This document shows positions 41,100 to 54,065 of a stretch of 64,000 nucleotides of DNA, piece by piece. This DNA is from Eledone cirrhosa. Lineage: Eukaryota. Made by a program: the position numbers and the translations under genes. Location: contig OZ024743.1 in assembly GCA_964016885.1 (NCBI GenBank), positions 298,282,001 through 298,346,000 of the forward strand, in the 5' to 3' direction. Below the pieces are notes generated by a model. It saw only the letters and a list, made by a program, of their open reading frames with translations. It did no database searches and was not told where the DNA came from. The stretch's first letter is position 1. Each line of letters begins with the position of its first letter.

Positions 41100-41299
41100 N
41101 NNNNNNNNNNNNNNNNNNNNNNNNNNNNNNNNNNNNNNNNNNNNNNNNNNNNNNNNNNNNNNNNNNNNNNNNNNNNNNNNNNNNNNNNNNNNNNNNNNNN
41201 NNNNNNNNNNNNNNNNNNNNNNNNNNNNNNNNNNNNNNNNNNNNNNNNNNNNNNNNNNNNNNNNNNNNNNNNNNNNNNNNNNNNNNNNNNNNNNNNNNN
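41100..41299. other. Assembly gap (200 N)
   Basis: Run of N. Confidence 1.
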
Positions 41300-41326
41300 T
41301 TATAAGATTTTCAATTGTGATTGCAG

Positions 41327-41526
41327 GGGAAATCACTTACCCAGAGTGAAGCAAATAAGAGTGCAACTCTACGTCACAGAAAGCCAGTTGCTATTTGTAC
41401 TACTCCCACAGTTATCATTCCAGATGATCTAGAATGTGACATACCACAGCAACAAACTACAGCTAAGGCATTTGAGAAACATCCAGAAAAAGAACAAAAT
41501 TGTCAAGAAAATATATCTGTTGACAG
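41327..41526 (+). CDS. BTB-domain gene, exon C
   Basis: ttgcag| acceptor, ag|gtgaat donor, open frame, phases 0 and 2. Confidence 0.75.
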
Positions 41527-42317
41527 GTGAATTGAAGAGTTTGTGTTATTTTGTTCTTAAGAATTGGATGGGATTTTGTCCTAACTTTTACTAAATTCAA
41601 TGAATTTTAGGCAATCATTTAGAAATGGTCAGCCCAATCACCCAATTTAAATGATCTCAAATGTAGATTGGAGTTTTCTATCGCAACGCCACAGTTCTCT
41701 TCTGTCAGACCTATTGATCTTAATGACCTCCCTCCTACAACATAGCTGGATGCCTTTCCTAATGCCAACCATATTTACTGTATGGACTGAGAGAGAGATG
41801 TAAGTGTGTGGGTGTTTTTCTCTATCTTCCCTTCACACCTAGTGCAGGTGGTGTTATTTATTTATGTCCTGTATAATAAAAAAAAAAACTTACTTTAAAA
41901 AAAACATTGGTTGGCATCCAGCCAGTAAAATATTGCCTCAAATTCATGCCCAACCCATGCTAGTATGGAAAAAACATGTAAAAACGATTATGTTTATGTC
42001 ATTACTCTCATAATCCAACACTATATCAGCTAACCTAAATAATCTAAAATGCAGATTGGCTTTCTTTAACAGGACATCACAATTCTCTCCTGTCAGATGT
42101 ATTGATCTAGATGACCTCCCTCCTACAACTGAAAACACTATTCACAGAGACAACAGGTAAATTTACAAATTTATTTTTGGTGTGTCAACACTACCCATTA
42201 ACAGAATGGATTGGGTGCAGTTTATTGTGGCACAAGCAATTAGAGAGGGGTTGTCATGCTTGGCTAGACTAAAGAATCCTTTCTACCCAATATTGTATGT
42301 ATATATATATATATACA

Positions 42318-42351
<34 letters not shown>

Positions 42352-42356
42352 CATAA

Positions 42357-43082
42357 ATGAAATGTAACGTACAAATGCTATTTCTTTATTCTTCACTCCA
42401 TTTTTTCCCCGGTCCATTCATCTATCTGTATCATTTCGTCCAGAATCCAATCTTTGCTTTTTCAATGCTATTCGATAATTCTGTCTGATTGTTCAAAACA
42501 ATCTTCTTGTATTTTTTAAATTCCCATAATTCTTCTCTTATTACTGTTATATATGCTTGTTCAATTATGCCCAAAATTCGAGGATTTTATTTAAACCTTC
42601 TCGCTAACTACCCCATTCTCATTCGTTTAATTATGGCCGGAATTCTAGGATTTTATAAAATAACCTTCTCTGCTCCCTTCTATTCTTCACCCCTCCCCTC
42701 TATATCCTGCTGGTTCTCTCTCAATCCCTTCCTCTCTCTCTAAATATAAAATAAACCTGTTGCGAGTACGAAACTCAGAATTCGTCAATCCCTTTTCAGG
42801 CTAGGCTGCTCGATTGCTCGATGAAATGTAACGTACAAATGCTATTTCTTTATTCTTCACTCCATTTTTTTCCCCGGCCCATTCATCTATCTGTATCATT
42901 TCGTCCAGAATCCAATCTTTACTTTTTCAATGCTATTCGATAATTCTGTCTGATTGTTCAAAACAATCTTCTTGTATTTTTTAAATTCCCATAATTCTTC
43001 TCTTGTTACTGTTATATATGCTTGTTCAATTATGCCCAAAATTCGAGGATTTTATTTAAACCTTCTTGCTAACTACTCCATA
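42357..43082. repeat. Partial tandem duplication (~465-bp unit plus ~260-bp second copy)
   Basis: atgaaatgtaacgtacaaatgct...gctaactac starts at 42357 and again at 42821, nearly identical. Confidence 0.9.
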
Positions 43083-46000
43083 TCCCTCATACCTGCCCCC
43101 ACTCACCACCATTATTACGTGGACCAATCATAAGTCAGTGGCCTATGCTATCACTTCTTAAGTTTAGACCTGGTTGCCTTTCGATATGATGGATGGACTA
43201 CGGAATTCTGGAGAGTTTGAAAAGAAAAAATCTGGACACTCAGTGACAATGCCAAAGATAAAGACAAATTCACCTCATGCTGCCAGACGAGAATGCAAGG
43301 ACTCCTCCTCTTTATTTCGGCCGCGGATGGCTAACATAACCCCCCAACCCCCACCCACCCCTGCGCCCCACCGTTCTCACCCTCCAAACGCAATCCAAAA
43401 CTTCAGAGTTGGTACCATGAATGTAGGCACCTTAAAAGGTCGCTCTAACGAGGTTGTAGAAATGCTTGAACGATGTTTGCTGTATTCAAGAGACCAGGTG
43501 GAGGAGTGGGTCTGCTAGATTCATTGTGAGTAAAGAACGATGCTATAAGCTTTTCTGGGTGGGAAATGACAATGGGCTGGGTGGAGTAGGAATCATGGTA
43601 GCAGAAAAGTGGGCAGATAAGATAATAGACGTAAATAGAGGGAACGACAGAATAATTAAAATAAGACTTGTCCTCAATAGAACTACTGTGACAATAATAT
43701 CTGCATATGCACCCCAATCCGGACTGCCTGGCGTTATAAAAGACAGATTCTATGAGTCGTTAATGCTCACTACCTCCCAAATAACCAACAGTGACTACAT
43801 AATTATCGCTGGCGACCTAAATGGTCACGTTGGACAACATTGTGACGGCTATGACGGAATCCATAGAGGCTATAGGTTTGGTACTAGAAATGAGGAAGGC
43901 TCCAGAATCCTGGAATTCTGTGACGTAAATAACCTAACTATCTGTAACACTAACTTCAAAAAACGAGACAATCACTTGATCACCTATAGATCATGGGAAT
44001 ACACCAGCCAGATAGATTATGTCCTTACCAGAAGACGTGACAGAGTGTCTGTTGTAAACACTAAATCCCTCCCCCATGAAGAATGCACTTCTGAACATAG
44101 ACTCATAATTAGCGACCTCATAGTCAGGACGAGACGTACTCGACAACAGAAGAGGACTATCCTCAGGAGAAAAATATGGAAGCTAAAGGACCCCACAGCC
44201 AATAATAAATTTAAAAGCATATTACTTGATGCTTTTGATAGTAAGGAAGAGCAATTAGAGTCATACAATATAAAGGAACAGTGGGAATTCCTGAAAGCTA
44301 ACCTGCTGAAGGCGACAGATGAAATATGTGGCTGGAGCAGACCTATAGGCAGGTGGAGAGTAACTTAGTGGTGGAACAGTAAGGTGAAGGAGTCAATCAA
44401 GGCCAAAAAGCAGGCTTGGAAAGCATGGCGGGATGGAGGAAGTAGAGAAGACTATCAAGTGGCCAGTAGGGAAGCTAGGAGACAAGTGTACTTCGCAAGA
44501 AGGGAAGCAGAGGAAAGAAAGTTCAAGCATGTTCTACAATGCGAGGACCAAAAACGTGAGGTGTTCAGGATTGTTAGGCAATGTGTCAAGGAAAACCGTG
44601 ATATTGTCGGGGAGAAGTGTGTCCTTAATGATGATGGTGTACTTGCCATCACTGATGCTTATAAGAAGGTAGCTTGGAAGTGTCACTACGAAAGGCTACT
44701 AAATGAGGAGAATAATTGGGAGAAAGACAGTCTCCCTCACATCGATCCAATAGAGGGACCAGCAGTGCAAGTTGAAGGTAGTATAATAAGTATGGCGATC
44801 AAAAATATGAAGACAGGCAAGGCGGCTGGGCCTTCGGAAATAGTTGCTGAAATGCTGAAAGTATCTGGAACGGTGGGACACACTATGGTCACCCGGATAG
44901 TAAACCAAGTCATACAGAATGGGGTTGTTCCGAAGGATTGGCGTAGCAGCATCATCATAAACTGCTACAAGGGTAAAGGAGATCCCCTAGATAGAGGAAA
45001 CTATAGAGGCATTAAATTAATTGACCAGGTCATGAAGGTCACAGAAAAAGTAATAGCGCAACTAATCAGAGAGCGAATTGATCTAGATGAAATGCAGTTC
45101 GGGTTTGTGTCAGGTAAAAGTACCACAGACGCTCTTTTCATTGAACGACAACTACAGGAGAAGTACCTAGCTAAAAGTAAACCCCTATACTTAGCTTTTG
45201 TAGACTTGGAGAAAGCCTTTGACAGAGTCCCCTGCTCCATTATCTGGTGGGCCCTTAGAAAACTAGGTGTTGATGAATGGCTAGTGAGAGCTATACAAGC
45301 CATGTATAAAGAAACAGTCAGCAAGGTTAGAATTAACAACGAATATAGTGAAGAGTTTAGCGTAAAAGTTGGTGTTCATCAGGGCTTCGTCCTTAGCCCC
45401 CTACTATTTATTATTGCCCTTCAGGCTATAACAGAGGAATTCAAGACCGGCTGCCCATGGGAACTCCTATACGCAGATGATCTAACGCTCATAGCTGAAT
45501 CAATGGCCGAACTAGAGAAGAAATTCCAAACATGGAAGCATGGCCTAGAATCAAAAGGTCTTAAAATTAACCTGTCTAAGACTAAAGTTCCAGTTTGTAG
45601 GAAGGAAAATAGGGCACTGGTCCCATCTGGGAAATGGCCATGCTCAGTGTGTAGGAAAGGAGTAGGCAGAAACTCTATTTTATGTCCCAAATGCAAAGTA
45701 TGGGTGCATAAAAGATGTAGTGGGATCACAGGTAAGCTAACTAAGAATATAGATTTTATATGTGGCCGGTGCTCAGGTGCAATGAGTAGCAGCAACTGCC
45801 CACAGAATACTAACTCATTCCATTGCACAGATGGTTCTATAGAAATAGTGGACACCTTCCGTTACCTGGGTGACAAAATCAGCAGTGGTGGAGGGTGCTC
45901 TGAAAGTACAGTAGCTAGAGTCAGAACTGGATGGAAAAAGTTCCACTATTAGCCGCTAAAGGGTTCTCTCTAAAAATGAAAGGCAGGCTGTATGATGCCT

Positions 46001-46788
46001 GCATACGAATAGCAATGTTACATGGTAGTGAGACTTGGGCATTGTGTGCAGAGGATATATGCAGACTGGAGAGGAAAGAAGCTTGCATGGATGTGTAATA
46101 GTAATATACGTGAACAGCAAAGCATAAATGAACTAAGGGAGAAATTAGGAATAAGAGGGATCAGATGTTGTTTACTTGAGAGAAGATTACATTGGTATGG
46201 TCACGTGATGCGCATGAAAGATGACAGCTGTATAAAAAGGTGCAGGGCGATAAAAATAGACTGTAGCCACGGAGTAGGCACACCCAGAAAAACCTGGGTC
46301 GACTTGATAAATTCCAACCTCACACACTTACACTTCTCCAAGACAATGTCACTAAACCGAGATCTTTGGCGCTACACAGTAATACAGAAGACACGCCTTG
46401 CCTAAGTACAAAGCGAAACCTACAGTCAGTAGGCACCTCTTAACAAAAATACACCCCCGTCCCACTACCCCAACCCCATCCACACCACCCTTTTCGATGT
46501 AAAGTTATGTTGGTACCACAACATCCAGTCCGAAATAAATGAGGTCGTGTAGGTGTCACGACAAAAAAACACACAGTCCACGCTGTAATGTGGCCATGTA
46601 GGTAACATGGTAAAAACCTCCCAGTCCACACTGTAAACGTGGTTGGTGTTAGGAAGGGCATCCAGCCGTAGAAAACCCGCCAGACAGTCCTATACGAGCA
46701 AGACAACCAATCTTGCCTCAAGTGGGAAAATTCCCGTCCAAATCCATGCAAGCGTGGAAGATGGACGTTAAACGATGATCATGATGAT
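43083..46788 (+). mobile_element. Near full-length RTE LINE (same family as 12957-15743), disrupted, intronic
   Basis: ORF pieces 43174-43518, 43466-44368, 44384-45952 and 46022-46405 give APE + RT, with frameshifts and a TGG>TAG stop; (gat) tail. Confidence 0.95.
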
Positions 46789-46809
46789 ATGTGTGTGTAT
46801 ATATCTATA

Positions 46810-47080
46810 TCATCATCGCCGTTTTACATCCGTTCTTCCACGCTAGCATGGGTTAGACGGGTTGTCCTGTTGTGGGCAGTGTCCGGTCGGCTGACCTTGT
46901 CTTGCTCATACTGGAACTGATTCTGGCTTGATTTCTACAGCTGGATGCCCTTCCTAACACCAACCTCATTTACAGTGAGTGCTGGGTGCTTTTTTTCCAT
47001 GATGCCTACACGTCCACTTTATAGTGTGGGCTGGGTGCTGTTTTGCCGTGGCACCTCCACGACTACTTTGCAGTGGGGGC
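46810..47080 (-). mobile_element. SINE/RTE 3' tail fragment, tail-to-tail with the LINE
   Basis: Reverse complement of the SINE 3' half (ctggatgcccttcctaacaccaacctcatttacagtgagtgctgggtgc). Confidence 0.8.
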
Positions 47081-47509
47081 ATATTGTCTATATGCTTCTG
47101 TATTACTGCGTGACGCCAGCAAAAAATATATATATATACACACACACGCAATGTTTTACAACTAGATGCCCTTCCTGACACCAACCCTTTTAGTCACTTC
47201 TTATAACTCACAGGGATACAGTGTACCCATTTGAAACCAGATACACATAGTTTGGAGACACAATGCCTATATATACATGTGTCATAATGGGATCAGGAAC
47301 TTTGAATCTGGTTGTAGCCATTGCCTACAAGAAGCAAGATGGAGGATAAAAGCATTTCTGCAGACCACGTAGTAGTATTGGAATAAAGCACTTATCTTTT
47401 TTGAAATTCCTTTATTGTCAACAAAAGCAAAGTTTCTCTAAAATTCTTCCAACTATTTCAAATTCTTTTTCTAAAGAATTATAATAACTTTTATTTCACT
47501 GAATTTCAG

Positions 47510-47822
47510 ACATATTATTGCTGGTAACCAGGTTTCAAAGGAAGCAAGGAAACCTCAGGAAACTGCTCCTCAAAATCCAGTCGAGGACCCTATTTGTGTG
47601 ATCGATGATGTTGAATGTATACAGCAGCCAATTCAGTTTACAACACTTCTATCTCCAATGCCTTTTATGCAACCCAAGTCTATTGAGATAGCACAACCCC
47701 AAGGGAAGAAAGTATTTATTCTTGCTGATCATCAGAGAAGTGTAATGGTCCATTTGGCAGTGTTATGGAAAAGTAGAACATTGTGTGATACTAGTATTGG
47801 CAATGGTTCATGTAGAGTGAAA
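47510..47822 (+). CDS. BTB-domain gene, exon D (N-terminal part of BTB/POZ)
   Basis: tttcag| acceptor, |gtaagt donor; encodes ..HQRSVMVHLAVLWKSRTLCDTSIGNGSCRVK. Confidence 0.85.
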
Positions 47823-48604
47823 GTAAGTTAAGTTAAAGATTTACTGCTTGTCAACTTTTATTGCATAATATTCAGTTATTGACTAACCCATGCTAGCGTG
47901 GAAGAACGGACGTAAAACGGTGATGATGATGATGATGATGACTGCAAGTTCAAACCTTGTTAAATCCATTGTGTCGTGCCCTAAGGCAAAGAACAGTATT
48001 CTGCTAATATTAGTCAGTTTATATGTAAATCTGACTTCAAAATCCATTGATTAGCAGTAAAAAATAGTATGAAGTTATTTTCTCCAAAAATTCATTCTCA
48101 AATAGAACATATTTTCAGAAATAACACTTATTAAAGATGTTGGTGCACTTGCACTCTTTTTCTTTGTCTTTATTAAGCTAATTCCACAGCTGATTCTTTG
48201 ACATATGAAACATTTTAGATTTCATGTTTCTATTAAAAAACATGATTAGCTCTATTTGAGTAGAGCTATGGCACAAACATAACTGATGGAATGCTAAATA
48301 ATTATAATAATTAAAAAAACAACAACCTAGCCCTCTGAACATAACAAATATATTGTTTGGCTTGATCTTCAACATTCTATCTATGGCTAATATGTCTTTA
48401 TTGTGAGTCTGTAGGATTTCAGGCATAGAGTTTACTTAGATTGCTAAGCTCCCTTGTTAATATGTTTGCTTCCCTATTTGTATGTAACCCTTTTAAGAAT
48501 AGGCTTGTTTGTGTCCATGACCATTGCAAACCCTCACAATCTTGGTCAGATGGAGTTATAATTTTCTTGTTTCTATTTCTATTCTTCTTTTGTATATTTT
48601 TCAG

Positions 48605-49573
48605 ATGCATAAAGTTGTCCTGGCTGCTGTGTCTCCTAAGCTGTTGTCAGTATTTACTACAGATACGCTCTCTAAAAATTTCATTCAACTTAACTTACCA
48701 GAAGACATTAGCCCAGAAGCTATAAATGCTTTTGCTGAATACATTTATGATGGGCACCTGGATCTTAATCCAGATATTTTACGTCATTTGCAAACCATTG
48801 CAAAACTACTATCCATGAAAGAATTTGAACAACTGCTTGATAGTCAACTTGAAATTGCATTATATCAAATTCATTATAATAACCAAATGCTTGCTAATTT
48901 ATCCATACCACCAAACATCACTACAGCACTCACTCAATTATCATCAACATCACCAGCTTCTTCAACCTCCACCATAGATATAAAAGATGAGATTCTCACA
49001 GGTGAAATAACACAACATAAAGAAAATACAAACAATAGCTTTGAATCAGAACCTGAAGTTGTCTCAATGGATGTAAGTAAAAATTGTAGCTCCTTTGATA
49101 ATATCGTCACTGTTCCTTGTGTACAAACTGAATTTGTGGGGCTTGAAGACAACCTACATAGCCAACAAAATGATAATGTATCATATACATCAAATACAAA
49201 TTCAAGTGGTTCTAGGATTCCATGTCCAACTTCAGATTTATCAGCTCTGTCCAATAAAACATTTGTTATACCAGTTTCAAACACCACCAATAGTAGAACA
49301 TTAAACATGGTACAAAAATCTAATGTAAAATCCAATACATTTCAAATCTCTCAGGGCGATGATTTGTCTCCTGTACCTTGTATTGTACAAAAAATATGTT
49401 CTCAGCCCAGTCCCATTGGAAGAAATTTATATAAACCTCTAGGTCGACTTGTGGTCAGTAGAGAAGTTGTTTGTTCCTTTGATTCTTCTACACCCAGAGA
49501 GAAAAATGTATCTTCACAATCACCACAAGCTAAGGGTGTTGTCTCAATAGACTTAACAGATGAGCCTACTTGA
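48605..49573 (+). CDS. BTB-domain gene, terminal coding exon (rest of BTB plus S/T/N-rich tail)
   Basis: Polypyrimidine tract and tttcag|; MHKVVLAAVSPKL..ISPEAINAFAEYIYDGHL..AKLLSM are BTB motifs; ends VVSIDLTDEPT*; AATAAA at 49815. Confidence 0.9.
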   Translation: MHKVVLAAVSPKLLSVFTTDTLSKNFIQLNLPEDISPEAINAFAEYIYDGHLDLNPDILRHLQTIAKLLSMKEFEQLLDSQLEIALYQIHYNNQMLANLSIPPNITTALTQLSSTSPASSTSTIDIKDEILTGEITQHKENTNNSFESEPEVVSMDVSKNCSSFDNIVTVPCVQTEFVGLEDNLHSQQNDNVSYTSNTNSSGSRIPCPTSDLSALSNKTFVIPVSNTTNSRTLNMVQKSNVKSNTFQISQGDDLSPVPCIVQKICSQPSPIGRNLYKPLGRLVVSREVVCSFDSSTPREKNVSSQSPQAKGVVSIDLTDEPT

Positions 49574-50244
49574 TGTCATATATTCTAACAATATTAGCTA
49601 ATCTATTTCAAGTTTTTGTATTGTTCAACTTCAATTAACCATTTCTGGAGACTTTTTCTATGTTGTAATACTGGATTGTAGACAACAAGAAGTCATCTTG
49701 TATTTCAAGAGCTTCCTAACTCTACAACCACATCTTCTTGGTTCAGGAAGTAATTACACAGGTATGGACAAATAGAAGGCAAATGGATGATGTTAGATGG
49801 TAAAAATGTTCTGCAATAAAGTCAGAAGATACCTGTGATAGAAAATAGTCATATTCTACCGTACAACACAGTTTTTCACATACACTGAATATAATGTCTT
49901 AAAATAAGGACTGTAAATTATATAAACAATATCATCTATATATCTAAAACAGAGTCTGTCTGACTCCCTAAAACTCGAGAACCACCCAACCAATTGTTTT
50001 CAAACTTTACACATGTAATACTTATGGTCCTGTGAGTGTTTTGAGCAAAAATAAATTTCAAATTTAGGCGATTTAGTGATCTCTCTATAATTCTTAGTCT
50101 TTCTTTTTTGATAGATAGATAGATATAACGTCGCGCCCTTATAATATCTGGCTGTCTGCATTACAGCATTATAACGTAGCTGTGTGTGTGTGTATATATA
50201 TATATAGTGTTTAACGTTTTTCGAAATATTTACTTCTGCGTTCA

Positions 50245-50318
50245 CAGATTGATTTTTTTAGTTTCAGAAGATCCCGTTAAGGGTGAAAGCGGCGATTCTT
50301 TGATTAAACTTTAATCTG
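50245..50318 (+). ncRNA. Second family-B hammerhead-like fold (CAGAAGA core)
   Basis: cagatt..agttt-CAGAAGA-tcccgttaagggt-GAAA-gcggcgattctttga-TT-aaact..aatctg. Stem III has one mismatch. Confidence 0.45.
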
Positions 50319-50376
50319 CTATTTTAATATATATATATATATATAGGCACACACACATATATATAGATATAGATAT

Positions 50377-50712
50377 AGAGGCACATGGCTTAGTGGTTAG
50401 AGCATTGGGCTTGCAATCGAAAGGTTGTGAGTTCAATTCTCAAACCGGGTGATGTATTGTTTCCTTGAGCAAGACACTTTATTTCACATTGCTCCAGTTT
50501 ACTCAGCTGTAGAAATGAGATGGTAGAGACTAGGGTCCCTATCATTCCACTGCAAAGTGGTCGTGTAGGTGCCACGGCAAAAAAGCACCCAGCACTCACT
50601 GTAAATGAGGTTGGTGTTAGGAAGGGCATCCAGCTGTAGAAATCAAGCCAGAATCAGTTCCCGTCCCACCCTTGCAAGCAGGGAAAAGCGGACGTAAAAT
50701 GATGATGATGAT
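50377..50712 (+). mobile_element. tRNA-headed SINE with RTE tail (second copy)
   Basis: Closely similar to 34001-34343. Confidence 0.88.
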
Positions 50713-50937
50713 ATATATATATATATAATTATATATTCGTGTACAGATATTTTTGCATAGACAATAACATAATATAACGTATTTATTTCATGAGGCTCGA
50801 TAAGGATAAATATATATCAAATATATAAGAATCTTAGAGCAAATCCCGAGCAATGCCGGGCCATTCTGCTAGTGTAAAATATAAAAATATATATTGATAA
50901 AATATTTATTTATACATAGTATATATTATATTATTTA

Positions 50938-51774
50938 TCTATATATCTAAAACAGAATGTCTGTCTGTCTGTCCCCCTAAAACTCGAGAACCACCCAACC
51001 GATTATTTTCAAACTTTACACATGTAATATGGTCGTATGAGTGTTTTGAGCAAAAATATTTCAAATTTTCAATGCCCTAAGGACTGCATTAGGCGAAAAA
51101 AGTATATTTTAGGCTTTAAAGGCTTTTTTTAGGCATAATGGAACAATAATCCAGGCGATTTCTTCAAAATTTGCATTACTTATGTTGTTTAAAGTGTTTT
51201 GAGCAAAAAAGGGACCGCTTTAGGCGGAAAACCGATTTTTTATTTTTTTATTTTGGTTGCGTTAGGGCCTGTAACTGGAGAAGTACCCAACCAATTTTTT
51301 TTAAACTTTGCATATGCGTTACTTATGTTTCACAAATTTTCTTGACTGACTGAAAAAGATTTCAAATTTTTACCCGGGGACCGCATTGTTTAGCATTTTG
51401 GTTGCGTTAGGGCCTGTAACCTTAAAAGTATCTGACTAAATTCCTTCATGCTCTCCACCACTGCAGTCCCACATGCTTACTGCTCTGTAACTATTGCTTT
51501 CATTGTACCATAGCACAACAAATACATGTTTGGTTTGTCGAATGCCTTTTTACTTAACCCTATCGTCTTGGCTTTCATGGGTTGAACATTTTCTCTCAGG
51601 CACCCAATTAAGTTAAACCCCTGGCTATCTACGACAAATTTTTTTATAAGTACAAAATGTAGACACCATTCCCAGGCCGAGGTATTCCGTACTTCTCTGT
51701 ACTGTTTCAGAAAGGAGGGATAAACATGCCAATCTATGTTTGGAATCCCGAGCAACGCCGGGCCATTCTGCTAG
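50938..51774 (+). mobile_element. Non-autonomous Helitron carrying an exon-like fragment
   Basis: A|TCTATATATCTAAAA ... cccgagcaacgccggg, CTAG|T. Confidence 0.85.
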
Positions 51775-52379
51775 TTATCACTAAACCTTAAAGAACATTA
51801 AAAACATATTTTTATTTTTATTTTTTAAACGAATACTGATCACAATGGAACTGTTATTTATTTGTAATTATCCTTTTAAAATGCCTTAAGTATGATGACA
51901 AACACCTTCCAATTAGTGTGAACACCATGCAGAAAACATAAATCTCATTAAGTCAGTAAAGAATTTAATTTGTAAAAAATAATAAAGGGAATTCATAAAA
52001 TTATGTTATTTTCCTTAAACTTGGTGTCCCTTCTGCAGAGTAGGAGATGGCTCTTCTGTCGAGGACTCAAGGGTTTTGCATATCTTGACTTTAACTGGAA
52101 ACTCATCCAAAGTTGCTTGAATTGTGTGCTTCTTCCTTACAGATGGTCCTATATGGGAGCAATAGGTTGTTAGTGTCATTCATTACTTTTTGCAAAACAC
52201 TTGGTGTTTGGGTCTTGTGCCTTGTTAATGCAAGACATTTGGATTGGAAAGGTAATAAAAGCCTTTTAGTATTTTGGCTTTAGTGAATATAATTGGCTCT
52301 GATTCTGGAATCACCTATGGTGCCGTTTACCTAACATCATTAAGTCTTCCTTACTTAAAGGCTGCTTGTCTGCCTTACA

Positions 52380-53300
52380 AGCTGTTGAAATTCTCCATCT
52401 CCAACTCCATCTTTAGGTCAGTACTGAGGGAAACCAAGTTTTTAATCATCCTTGACTGCTGCATCCTACCCCTTGAAATCGTTAACACAATGGGTGTACA
52501 ATTGATGTTAAGTATGGTCTGGTAAATATAGTTCTTGAAAAACTGTCTGATGTCGATGTATTTCTTTTACCATATTGATTCAACGGCCTAGTGAAGATTG
52601 TAAGAGAGATAGTATTGCTTAAAAAGTGCTATCACACATTGGTCCATAGATGGGATGAGTGATGTGGTGTTGGGTGGCAAGTACACTATCTTTACAATTG
52701 GGTCAAAATCACAGGTTATTGGAAAGGCCAGATGCATTGTCCAAAATTGGCTGCGCTTTAAATGGGATGTTTTTTTTTACAATAGTTCTTGACAGCTGGG
52801 ATGAAATGATTGAAGCGTTTTTCAAAAGTTACAATAGTTATTATCTATCTAGATGATGGGAAGAGTTTGAAGTCACCAGTGCAATTGACCCCAAGCGTTA
52901 GCACTGGCTTCTTGTTGACGATTTTGTCGCTTGGCCTGGTCTGGTCTTCTTTGAGATAAAGGATCTGTCGGGTATCCTCTTCCAAAAATTGCTTGTTTCT
53001 TTGACATTAAAGATCTGCTCTGGCAAGATTCCCTTGTCCTCCATGATCTTTTGCAGTGTGGCTGGAAATTCTTTGATGTGACTTCGTTCTGAATCTTGAT
53101 GTTGTGCAAACTGAAACAAGATTTAATGGGAGAAAACCATCCATAGCTTGCAATGAAGATTGTGTACTTCTTCAGCTGACTTGGTATATATTCATGGGTC
53201 TGGTGTTTGATTTACAATGAAATGAATCTTTCCATATCATGGAAAATCTGGCCTCTCTTCACATTGATGACAACAGTCTTTGCACAATTAAACCTCAAAA
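52380..53300 (-). pseudogene. Tigger/pogo transposase relic
   Basis: FIASYGWF, EFPATLQKIMEDKGILPEQIFNVKETSNFWKRIP, LDNASG, LPPNTTSLIPSMDQCVIALFKQYY. Confidence 0.85.
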
Positions 53301-53524
53301 GATGACACGATCAAATCTCTGGCGATAGGCGAGTCTTCTGCCGTACAGCATATGTATGTATATGGGTCAGTATCTGTAAGATATTAAATGATTTAAGAAA
53401 TCTTTTCTACTTTCTGAATTTGTTGTATATGCTGTGTCATTATATGTCACACTTCCTTCTTTCCTTAAATTACATCTCTTCTATATTTCTATCTGCCATA
53501 AAAACATTGTGCTTTATATATTAT

Positions 53525-54065
53525 TACTGAGATACCCAGCTTCACCTGGGTAAACAGATGATAAGAGAAGACCAGTAGAAGAGAAAACGACTGTATTGGA
53601 GGTGTCTGGTTTACAGTATGAGGCGTAGATGTGACAAATAAAAAATACAGTCAAAAATATTCCAAATACACCAGATTCTTCATTTTACCATTTGTACATA
53701 GTATATGAAGATTTCTAGGTGTTCCCACACGTGAACAACCTGCATATAACTGTCAATGGGTAAAAACAGATTCTCATATTCAGTCCTACAACTTTGAGAC
53801 TTCCACCCTGAGCTATATTTATGGTCTTAACAAAACTGGCTCTAACAGGGAAATGAAGTCTAGAGAATTTGAATGGCAGCTCGGTAAAGAAAAGGATGAG
53901 AGGAATCTTGGGAATAAATTAATTTTCTCCTTGATGATTGCCTCCAAGAATAGTAACTTCTAGGAGATGGTTCATCATCTGCCTGACTGTTAAGCATGTG
54001 CTATTGTATAGATATGGCGGGTCCAGGTTTCTCAAAAGGATGATGGGAATCCCAATCTTTTATAT
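53525..54065 (-). pseudogene. Helitron Pif1-like helicase C-terminal relic with 3' hairpin
   Basis: GIPIILLRNLDPPYLYNSTCL..FIPKIPLI..LPFKFSRLHFPVRASFVKTINIAQG..QLYAGCSRVG; hairpin tacccagcttcacctgggta at ~53533-53552. Confidence 0.85.

Larger units (their letters stand above)
49935..50872 (+). mobile_element. Non-autonomous Helitron with nested SINE and family-B fragments
   Basis: A|TCTATATATCTAAAA ... cccgagcaatgccggg hairpin, CTAG|T. Confidence 0.8.

Noticed and set aside
42750-42805. cctgttgcgagtacgaaactcag as a hammerhead
   Set aside because: The core has two mismatches and stems I and III cannot be formed.
48524-48604. N-terminal extension of ORF 48524-49573
   Set aside because: It is the intron polypyrimidine tract; the BTB domain is completed by splicing from 47822.
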